Shown here: piece after piece, positions 36,083-47,500 of the stretch | How the letters are laid out: the number at the start of each line of letters is the position of its first letter | How positions within the stretch are numbered: position 1 is the stretch's first letter | Source: Azolla caroliniana | Lineage: Eukaryota > Plantae > Polypodiophyta | DNA length: 64,000 nt | Reading direction: 5' to 3' | Assembly (NCBI GenBank): GCA_043228905.1 | Contig: JBHGNT010000004.1 | Location: 25,792,001-25,856,000 of the forward strand | Notes under the pieces: generated by a model | The model's input: the letters and a program-made list of their open reading frames with translations, nothing else | Database searches by the model: none | What the model was told of the DNA's origin: nothing | Made by a program: the position numbers and the translations under genes

Positions 36083-38927
36083 AGCAAAGATTTAACAAAC
36101 TCTTGGATATATTCTCTTTTGATACATTTTAATGTATCTTCATGCAGCCATTATCAACATTCAGGTGGGTCAAATTTGGAATATTTGGCTGGATTGTAAC
36201 TTAAAAAAAGAAAGAAGAAGCCCTTGTACAGCTTTCCAAAGAACGGAGGGGGGAATTTGCTATCAACTTGTATCAAATGATTGCTTTTCCTTCCTCTATA
36301 TAAAGTATTATATGTATAGGACTAGTAACAAAATCTGTTTTCCATGGCAGTATTTCATAAAACAGGTAGTTTCCCTCTGCATCCTGGGCAATTTTGCTAA
36401 TTTAAAGCTGTTTCTAAGCTGGCCTCAATAATTGGCTACTGGCTAAGATAATCAGTCCTTATGTTGTCTCTGCACTTGTTTAAATTGATTTTTTTCTGAA
36501 TTAACCTGGTTGCTTCCCATTTCTTATTGCTGTTTAGCGTTTACGTTTTCTCCATTCCATTTCTTTCTCTGCTGTTCATTGGCATTCAGGGCTATGCTTT
36601 CCATTTTTTGCTGCTGCAATGCCTGTTTATGGTGTAGACCATCTTTGCATTTCTATTGCTATTAGCCCTTCTATCAGTTTTAGGTCCTTACTTCCAATTT
36701 CTCTGATTCATGTTTAATGTTCTGTTATCCATTTCTTTCTATGGCCATCCCTTTCTTTATTCAGGAAGTAGTGTTTCAGCTTTTCAATTTGTGCCTGCTC
36801 TAATATTTGTTATAACCTGTGAAGGTTTAGCTCTCAATCTAGGGATTTTTTTGCGTCTAGCATTTTTCTTCTGACAGGAACACCGTAATAAGGGTTGGTT
36901 TCCCATTTCTTGCACCCCTTACGCATGCCTAAGGGTCACCAATTAGGGTTTTCCTTCAAACTTTTTACCTTCCAATATACAATCTAACTAGGAGGAGTTT
37001 GAATAGGAGAAGAAATCCAAGATAATGTGTAGATATATGATGAAAAGAGGGATTTAGTAGTACAGATTATAGATTTAGTAGCACCAAATTCCACTATAAA
37101 AGATTTATAGATTGGTTGTGTCAGCACAGATTATGTTTTAGTGCATCCAATAACTTGTGCTTTCATTAACCCATATTTTGGGGGTCCCAAATTTACAGTT
37201 TTACAAGATAAACTTGAGAAATGTAGGGTTGACCCCATGCCCAATAATATGCTCTAGGCCTACATGGAAATGTTTTCTTTTGCTTCTCGCAACTTTCTTT
37301 TGACGACTCTTTAGTTTTAACCAACTTTGATTCCTCAAATATACAAATATAATACATGATAAGGTTATTATAAATCATTATTGTTATTGTTCCGTTTATG
37401 TGTAATATTATATATGATATGAACAAGATATGGCAAGTGACACATGATTGTGGTAATGGCTTCACTATGTCTACATAAAAGTGTCAAATAATATTAGAAA
37501 GCAATCTAATTCATATTAAAACACATGTTAATACAAAACTTTATTAGTCTTGTATTTGGCTATATACTTCAATGCAGGTATGCACATTAACTGTAAAAAT
37601 TTCTTCTCTTTAACTTTCTTTGTAAAACTTGGCATATAATAATGGCTATGCGCAATAAATTTAATAAATTATCATCAACATGCACTCCATGTGTTTAGAC
37701 ATGTTAGTCAACATTATGTGTTTTGATACGGAAATAGGTGTCAATTTCTCACTATACGAATTCCAATGTAGTAAGAGTATATTGAGAAACATCAAAAGCT
37801 CAAGTCGAGACTAATAAAACATAATAATACAATCAAGATGAGGTGGCCATTGGGCCAATATTACTATAATATTTTAAGAAAGAGATGCCTTCATTCACTA
37901 AGTGCACGTCCTTTTTTTCCTTGATGGTTGCATGTCTAACTAACAAAAATATATAAACCTTCTACATGTTTTACTATTTGAATCATGAATAAATAGGGGT
38001 AAAGAAACGTTTATTTGAACAATGTCAATCGCTTATCAATCGATCGTAACTAATTGAGCTTCAACACAAGAGTGCAGAAATCTATAATGAGCAATATAGT
38101 GTAGTTTCTAGTGCAAGCTTTATTACGACTTTGATGTTGAAAGACACAACTTTTTATATTTGATTGTATGATTGATCTTCTAGACAATAAATTATGGATA
38201 TGTTTCGACTAGTGATTGGAAACAAAGACGAGCGCAATGTAAATTAACGTTGCAAACTTCTTTATGGATTCAAAGCTCAAAAGGTTCAAAAGACCATGAT
38301 AATACTCAATAAGAGATTACATCTGAAAGTTCTCACATTTAGATGAAAAAAACAAAACGTGTATAAAACCGGTGATGCTATACTCCATTTCAAAATACTA
38401 GACATCAATTTTAAAGACACATTAGCAAGATTCTTTTGATCATGTGAATTACAAAGTAGTGATTTGAGGATAATATTTTGAGACAAACCTCTAATTTTCA
38501 ATCCAAGAACAACAAAAGAAAAAACTATTGAAAAGTAAAAAATTCTCATCTTGAATTTGTAACACCAAATGTTACCACATGTATAATACCAACGTAGTTG
38601 TATTTTTTGTTGATGTTAGCCCAACCATACATAATAGAAAGTCTTTGTATTTATATCAATATCAAACAAACAATATAAATGCCTAAGAACATCAAAAGGT
38701 CACAAAAACTTTGTATGATCGTAGACATTGCAATGCTATCAACATGTGGTGGTGTTGTTATACAAAGGTATGGGCGAGTTAGATGCAAATTGTAAATGGA
38801 TAGTGGTTTCTCAAAGTACTTATTGAGCAAGAATGGGGTCAAGGAAGGGCGTCCACGCTCTCTTACATTCTTTGGTCTATGCATTGATAAACTGAAGAAA
38901 CAATAACCATTGGTGCAAAAGAAGAGG

Positions 38928-39142
38928 GATTAGATGGCCTAAAACTCATGCAATAGCTGATTCTATACTAATATATGCTAAGGATGTCATATAATTGTCA
39001 TATAAAGTGGATGTTGTGCAAGACTTGTTGCAAAAGACGAAGGATTAGATGGCCTAAAACTCATGCAAGAGCTGATTTTATAGTCATATATGTTAATGAT
39101 GTCATATAATTCACATATAAGGTGGATGTTGTGCAACACTTG
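38928..39142. repeat. Tandem duplication, period about 114 bp
   Basis: Two diverged copies of GGATTAGATGGCCTAAAACTCATGCAA...GTGGATGTTGTGCAA. Confidence 0.85.
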
Positions 39143-39171
39143 TATTTATTTATTATTTCCCAAAAAAGATA

Positions 39172-39314
39172 GGAAATTGGTAAATTCACAGTTTCTTCCG
39201 TATTTTCACATTTTTTTGGGGGGGATGGAATCTGGCTATCATTTGTAATCATATTTCTGAACTCAAAAAATAAATTGTGAAAATACAGAAAAAACTATGA
39301 ATTTACCAATTCCC
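39172..39314. mobile_element. 143-bp MITE
   Basis: Imperfect TIRs of about 45 bp (GGAAATTGGTAAATTCACAG... / ...CTATGAATTTACCAATTCCC). 8-bp direct repeat AAAAGATA at 39164-39171 and 39315-39322. Confidence 0.75.
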
Positions 39315-40049
39315 AAAAGATATTACATTAGTATTAAGAAACACCCTAAGGCTATACATAAAAGATGAACCTTTCAGTGGGCCTCCACATAAGATGGAAC
39401 TATCGCATCCCGATTAGGATTTGGAATTTCATGGAAGGAGTTTTGTTTTTGGGAAAAAAGAAAGAAAGAGAAAAAAGATGTGCCTTTCAATAATGAGCCC
39501 CAACGTTGCCTTTTGATGGTCGTTTTGACCGTTTTTGGCAAATTTAATCGTATATGAAGGTTAATTTGAAAATGAAAATGTGAATCTTGACTGATATATA
39601 TTTTACAAAAAACATAAAAATGAAGGTTTAAAATTTGTTAATACCGTCAAATTTTGCTAAGGTCAAAATAATAGTACATGTATTAGTAGTTACAAATTAC
39701 AATTCATAGGCTATATATAGCATATAGTTTTATTTGAGAAGGGTAAATGTGTAAACATATGTTACATGATATTATAAACGAGAATAAGTGCCCGGACATA
39801 TGCATAGTGTGAAAAGAAACTTAAGGCTTCTTCTATTTTCAGCCCATTCCTCTTTTGTTTATTTCTCTCTCCCTCTCTCTCTTTCCACTTGCTTCTACTT
39901 CTTTCTTGATCTCTCTCTCACTCTCTCCCTTGCTTTGATCAAGTTGTACTTCTTTCTTTATTTCTCAAGCTCTTTGCTTTAATCAAGTTGTACTTTGTTC
40001 TTTCTTTCTTTCCCATCCTCTCTCTCACACACAAGTTATAATTGATCAT

Positions 40050-40440
40050 TGATGTCAATGCATGTCTTCAAATTTTACATGATGCAAAGGCTTGTGAAAT
40101 GGAACTCTATAGGTTTGTTGACACGTTGTGTTTAAATTGTGAAGGCTATACTATGCATGAAGCTTGACGTATGTTTTGCAAAATGAAGGATTGGCAAGAT
40201 AGTTTCCCTCATTTGATGAAATTATAGCACACTAGTTTGGTTATTCCATCTAGCACGGTTTCGTGTGAGAGAGGGTTCTCTAAGCAAAATCTCATCAAAG
40301 AGATGAAAAGAAATCAATTGAATATAGAACATTTTAGATGATTTAATGTAAGTCTCATTGAATGGGCCACACATTGAAGAAATACAATGGGATTGTGTAT
40401 ATGAAAATTGGAAAGATGCAAAGGATAGAAGGGTATATTC
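40050..40440 (+). mobile_element. hAT transposase C-terminal dimerisation-domain relic
   Basis: Reads DWQDSFPHLMKL*HTSLVIPSSTVSCERGFSKQNLIKEMKRNQL..LDDLM*VSLNGP, with stops and a frameshift. Confidence 0.8.
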
Positions 40441-40499
40441 AATATATTGTTGAGTACGTATATTCAATGTATTTACTTTTTGAAGGGCAATTTATTTGA

Positions 40500-41270
40500 C
40501 AAATCGTCATTTGATGGGCAAATTTTTTGGAATACCGTTCTCATGACATGCAATGTGAACCCCTTTTGAAATTCTAATTGTTAGCTTTAAAATTTTAAAT
40601 AAATACTTCGGTGTAGAGTAGAACCACTCGACCTGATCAGAAATTGGGCTACAAAGTATTCCTTCATACTGGATGGCATGAAATTCCAATTGTTTGAGCT
40701 CTACCAATTGCAAATTACCTTTTATGTATTCCAAAGAACCTTTGAGATTATGCACAATCTTTGTCAAAATCGTAAAAGAAATTATTTGGGTAAGTCTTTC
40801 AATCACATTTGGGAGGACTTCAAACATTGAACCCTCAAAATATATCAAATTGTGATACTGCTAACCAATTGCCATATTTCATGTTTATCAATTTCTATTT
40901 CTGGATTGAAATGTATAAATGTGTTTTTTCATCAAAGCATCTCTTGTAGCAAGAGAGCACCTGCAACATCCTCTTGTTCATATACCATTGGTTTATTTTG
41001 TATCACTTCCCATAATATTGCTCCCATGTATACATTGCTTGATGATATACTAGTATTAACAGTGTAATGGTTATTTGCAACAACACTTGTTGTATTGGCT
41101 ACCATTTTTGTGAAATCAACGAGCTACCACAAGCATCATATTTGACAGCAACACTTTGGTGTTACATGAAAAGGCCAGGCTTGGAACCTTTGATACATAA
41201 ACTTATCTTCGAGCCCTTTTGAACGTATCTTAACAGGAGAAAAGAAATGAGCATCTCTCTTGTCAAAGAA
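40500..41270 (-). mobile_element. Degenerate L1-type LINE ORF2 C-terminal relic
   Basis: Broken minus frames ...EIWQLVSSITI*YILRVQCLK / IVHNLKGSLEYIKG...VEWFYSTPKYLF resemble the Trp-rich L1 tail. Confidence 0.5.
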
Positions 41271-41575
41271 CTGCTGGCGTTACGTTGGGATATAAATTTT
41301 TTTTTGGGTGCAAAGTATGACTGACAAAGCGCCATCAAAGGTGAGAAGAGATGGGAAGGGGCGGCGGATGGCCGACAGTGTCATTGGATCCAAGGAAGAA
41401 GGAAGATACAGAAGACGACTGCGAGGAAATTTTAATATGTTGAGGGTACTGAATGAAATTTTCAAAACTCGAGGGTATATAATAAAAATTCCCCTGTCTG
41501 TCATGGAAGGAGGCTTCCTCTCTCTGTTTCTGCAGGAGATTAGGTCGAAGAAGTTTCGTTTTCTGAGGAGGAATC

Positions 41576-44500
41576 ATGGGATCTGCTGCTGCTGCTACTG
41601 CTAGGAAACCTTCCACAACTGCGAGGACTACTAAAAATGCCGCCAAGGAGCATTCCGCAGAGGTCCACTCTCCTCTCCTCGCCTATGGATCCATGCTGGG
41701 ACTCCTCCTCTCTTGCCCCCTCTTCGTTGTCATCCTGTAAGTTATCCATCCCAATCTCCCTCCCTACCCTAGTGGACCCCCTCCTTATCTCGCACCTCGA
41801 TTTTATTATTAGTAAACAAGGATGCTGTGTTGATTCTGTGTCTGCATCCCGCATCTTTTATTCTTCCTTTGATTCGATGGCATTCCGACACAATCAGCCC
41901 CTTTTCAACTTACCTTTTGAGCAACGTTTTTGGTGAGGGTGGGGTATCCTGAGGAAAATGTCAAAAGTTTTGAGGAATATTAATTTTTTCTTTTCTGTTT
42001 GAGGAAATATAAGACGGGTGGTATAGGCAAATTGTGGAAAAGGGAGTTCCTATTTAATAATGTGGGTTTGTCCAGAGGAGGTACATTATCGCATACTTTT
42101 TAAAAAAAAGTCCTTTCTTTAGATGTGCATGAGAGGGTTCTGGGACCGTTGCTAAAGTCAAATATGTTTGGCTAAGGATTTGATTGGTAAACGTTGACCA
42201 GTAAGATGAAGAAGAAAAGTAATAAGGGTGGGTGGAATAGCCTAATTGTGGAAAAGGCAATTCCACCTCAATAATATGGTTTCATGTATGGTAGGGTAGG
42301 CATTGGTTGTCAAGAGAAGTTTCTGAAGAGAATTATCTGTTGAAAGGTGCTCTACCACTGAGCTAGAGCCCTTGCTCAGTTTTGGGATGCAATAACTATT
42401 GTATCAATACCAATCGATCCTTGTATATTCAGATAGTCAAGATCCTTTTCAGGGAGAGTTAGCGCTTTTTTGGGTGCTCTGGTCTTTTTCTCAGTGTTCC
42501 AAGCCTGAAAATACTATAATGATATGGTGAACGAGTGATCTATCCAATGCTACAGATGATGGCGGCTGTGTGAGGACCCCAATAAATCTCTTCTTCGTCT
42601 TACAAACATTCAGGTGTAAAGAGTATATCATATATATTCCTGTCAAGCGACAGAGAAAATGTTTCGAAGAGGTAGATCTGTGCTTTTTAAGAGCAAATCT
42701 GTGTCAGCATGAATAACCTTATCAAGATGCTTCTTCATTGCTTCATCTACATCTGTAAACAAAATCTTCTTTTGGGACGGGCTTGGTCAAGCACATGGAA
42801 TCACCCTATCTGGTAAGAGGAAGGTTGGTGCATCAATAATCGTTCTTTTATCCCAACTTAAGTGGGAGAGCGGTTGATGGTAGTGTTTAATGCAGCAAAA
42901 GCGGCTCGTTGGGTTTGTTAAGCAGTTCTAACTATATAATCTTTATCTATCCCTGTCGAGTAGAAAAATGATTTATTCACACTAACCCAGACGATCAGTT
43001 TATCAAAAGAAAGAATTTAGCAATTCTTGCTATTAAACATTTGATGCATTCTTTCCTCTACGCACGGAACAGTCTCCTGAATGGCTCCCAAGCATAATAG
43101 GAAACGAGAAACTTCATCTCGTCTTTTATAGGAAGCTCTCACTTGCTGATGTCTATTATTTGACATGCTTCCTCACAACTTTCAGGCTCCCCTCTGGCTA
43201 GGGATATATTGTTAATGTATTTCCCATAAGGTACATCAGCCTTTGGAGATCTTCTCATATAAGGAGCAGAAGTAGGAGATCATATATGTCTTCAAATATT
43301 GGCTCTCTTTGCTTTCAGTGATGCATCTGTTTTATGTTTGCCCTCGTACATCACTCCCTGAATTGAAATCCACTCCTTGAATTGAAATCATCCACATCTT
43401 TATTATGGATCATTTTCTTGATTTCATTATTCTAAGTGTGGTAGCCATACCCATTCTCACCATATCGTGTGAAAGTGCACTTCTTGGATTTGGGATCAAG
43501 CTTATTTATGGCTTGATCATTGGAGCAACTCAACACTTTAAGATGTGATAGTTTTACACAATCTTATCTTGGATCTTAAAATGATGGGGCCTCCATTCTA
43601 TAATGCTCTAGGTAACTCCAATTTATATTGAGCATAATATTCATTGTCCATAAAGTTGGGTAAATTGTCATCTTTAAGGATTTGATGTCAGCTGATTTTG
43701 GCACCACTTTCACCATCTCGATGCATCTGGATAGATAATAACAACATAGTTTGGTTGATTGCAGATGGTACACTTTGGTGCACAAAGATGGATCTTTGCT
43801 AAAGACGTGGGTTTTTTTGAGACAGAATGGTGTTCAAGGACTAATTAGCATTTGGCCTGTACCTTATTCTCCTGTGGCATGGAAGATTATAGGTGCTTAT
43901 GCTGCCTTTGAAGCTGCCCTGCAACTACTTCTACCAGGAAAAGAAGTGTACGGACCAATATCACCCATGGGAAACCGTCCAGTATACAAAGTAAGACATG
44001 CAACATAAGATATTCTTTGCTTCTTAACTCTCTTTTCTTTTCCATTCATGAATGTGTAAATGACTTTATGCAGGATAATGGTTTTGCTGCTTATATCTGC
44101 ACACTTGTGGTCTATGTGTTGATTTGGAGGTGTAACCATATTCCTTGAATAATATTAACTTGATTTGATCGAAGTGGAGCTTTTCATATTGTTTATTCAT
44201 AATGAAACGTTTTTTGCATGTGGTTTTTTAAGACTTGGAGTGTTTAACCCCGCGCTTGTATATGATCACTTGGGAGAGATTTTCTCAGCACTCATAGTGG
44301 GAAGCATCATCTTTTGTATCCTTCTATATATCAAGGTGAGAAACACCTTTGTCTCTTCATTTACTGGATTGCAAAATAAGAGCCTGGCTTAAAGTTAAGT
44401 TTATAACCATTTGTATGCCTCTTGTTGAAATTTGTAGGGTCATATTGCACCTTCATCTACAGATTCTGGATCCGCCGGTGATCCAATCATTGACTTCTAC

Positions 44501-47500
44501 TGGGTAATTGACTTCTGCAACCACATTAATATATTATGCTGCCATTTCCATCCATGCATCTTGATGCAACTGTGTGAAAGAATATGTCGAACTACATTAT
44601 CACGGTCCATGGATCGGCCTAGCCACATTTTGTCAATCCTGAATTGCTTTTCTATCTAAAATGCTTTATGATCTGCAGGGTATGGAGCTTTATCCTCGAA
44701 TTGGGAAGCACTTTGATATCAAGGTTTTTACCAATTGCAGATTCGGGATGATGGCCTGGGCTGTGTTGGCTGTCACGTATTGCTTTAAGCAGGTTCAGAT
44801 AAATAAAAGATTGCTTATATATCTTATGGTTAATTGGCAAAGCTGCTCTATCTTTTGGCTGAGGTTAGACGACATATTTTTCTCATCTCTTGTTTAACGT
44901 GATCACTCGTGGGCATCAGTGCAACATTTGAATTTTGGTTAGGCGCTTGGTTGAAGAAGGCCGCAGTTCATCTCTTCTCCACAAGCCAGAATACCGATGT
45001 CAGGGTAAAATCACATTGGTTCAGTTCCTGCATGGACTTTCGCAACGCTTCCTGTTATATGTGAATAGATTATGGCCAGAGAGGGAGAGAGAGAAGAAAA
45101 GAAAGAAAGAAAGATATATTAACGTCTTCTAAGACCAAATTTAGCGCATGAGAAATGATTACAAAAATGGAATGTGTACCCAATCATTGAAAAAGAAAAC
45201 ATAAATAAATAGGTTTTAGCGTGGTGCAAAATTGTTATGGGTACGTTGTATAAAGGAATGGCTATGTGCTGAGACTAGTTTCATTTCCATGCAAGTCCCT
45301 TGAAAAGTAGTGGGGGTTGAAGGGTTTCGATGAGGCTGTGATCTCGATGTAGATGTTATCCGGACCATGGCTTCTAAGTGGGGTAATTTATGTAGCCTTA
45401 TCTTCTTAATGCCTTTTGCACGACAAAGAGTGACTTTAAAGCCCTGCATTCATCGTTTGGTTGCTCTTTGGTTTTCTACTTCAGCGAGGGAGAGTTTGGG
45501 GGGTACAGGTGTGTCCACGTTTATCATCCCCCCCGTCCCTTAAAGAATTCAGTGGTTATGTGCTGGTGAATATTAGAAAGCTTACTCTATCTATGCCATT
45601 TAAGATACACCTACATAGTGTCATTCTGTTCGCGGTATCCAATAATTGGGAGAGGGTGGGAGAGGGTCCAAGTGTGTCTTTGTATTTTTTTCTCTTATCT
45701 CGAAGTGTGTAAAATGATACCCATCCTCTATCTCTATGTGACATAATCTAAATATCCATTCCTCTTTGGGAACTCCATTAGCATGAACATTTTCAATCTC
45801 AAGTTGTTGGGATGATACTCAATTTCAATTTGGAAATTATGGAGAGAGAGAGATTAAACGATAGTAGTGATACGGCAAGGGAAACCCTCTCAAGTGTTGT
45901 AATACGAGATGACATAACTCTACCTCATCTTTGGACAACGTCCCCATATGACATAGTTGTGAAACTTGCCAAATCAACTTCCTGTTCATCCTACCGAGTT
46001 ATTGTGTTACCCCATGAAGTCCATCATACAAGAACCCATTTCTCATGGTCCAATTAAACCACATCCCCCAATACCTAAGGTAGTCAAACATGACCTTATA
46101 TGATGGTGCGGGTATAGCTTTATCTTCATCAATAAAAACCCACTTAAAAGGTGACAAAATACTTCTTGTTATTGATGCCCAAATTTGTGATATAACCACC
46201 CAAATGGCTTTAGCAACAAGACATGTAATGAACGTATATTGGGTATCTTCGTCAAAGGCAACCCACCAACTATTGCATGCCAAAGAAACACCTTTGCACG
46301 AAATGGAAGATGAGACTACCACCTTGCATCTAACAAAGTATTGAAGAGAGCAAGGGTTGTATTATCATATTGTTTTAATAACAAACAAAGATTTATGGAA
46401 AAAAAAGAATTATTAATGATATAATAACGTCTTTTAAGAGGCCAAAATGGCCTGTAAGACCAAACAAGGGATTACATCTCAAGTGTTGTCTCGTCTTTGA
46501 GAACAACAAATCAAAATAAAATAAATATTACGAAGTAAATATAAAAATAAATGATATAAAAAGAGACAAAAGAATCTGGTTTCAGCACATCTGAGATTCT
46601 CAAGTTCAATATATTATAACTTTTGTCTTCGATAGATCTCTAGCACAGGTCGATACAAGTGGGCTGAGGTTGTGGTCCGTGGGGGCGGGGCCTACGTGCA
46701 CAACAAATTGCTATTGTCTGATCTATTGTAACCCCATTGTTATGTCTTGGTCGGGAGCCCATTTATGTATCCATTGATTAATTTGTAGCATTTGGTCCTC
46801 ATATTACATGGCCTAAGCCTTGTTTAAAGAGGCAATTGTATCTCCGTCTTATTTCATAAAAGATACTATAGTAACAAACACTGGTCTCGGATTCCACTCC
46901 TTGATCACACAGTTGGCAAATTCCTTCTTCTAGAGGTATCACATCCCCGGTGTCCTAAAACTGAGACAGGTAAAAAAGGAGCAAAAACTACGACCAAAAA
47001 ATCAGTAACTGGTTCAGGGTTTGGTTCGGTTCAGTTTGGCTTAACCGGTTTAAAGTTTAGTTCGGCTTAATTGGTTTAGTGTTGCACTTGGTTGGGCTTG
47101 GTTAAAGTTTGAACTCCTCCAAACCAGTTAAGCCTTAACCAGTTTTGCTTGGACAATGCCAAACTGTTTTATACCGCAGCTTGTTCTTATTGCTTCCAGT
47201 ATAAATTGTTATGAGAAAAGGTGGGTGGGAGGGGTGTGTGCAGTATGATGAAAGTTGTAAGCGCTGTCTGGAGTTCTTCAGTGTCTGTTGTATCATTCGG
47301 GTAGGTCTATCTGCATGTATTCAGATCATTATTAGGACATTTCACTGCTTCCCATGTGCTTCAATCACATATTTTGACTCATGTACATTGTTGTTTCTTG
47401 TTTATTACCAATAGATAAAACCAAGCTTCGGATGTTAGTATGCAGTCATATGAAACAAGATGAGATGTTAAGGATCTAGGTTTATTCAGTTTAAGAAATT

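Noticed and set aside
41308-41936. ORFs 41308-41604, 41335-41646, 41540-41854 and 41637-41936 as separate genes
   Set aside because: They overlap DWF5 exon 1 in other frames or strands. The conserved DWF5 N-terminus is in the frame starting at 41576.
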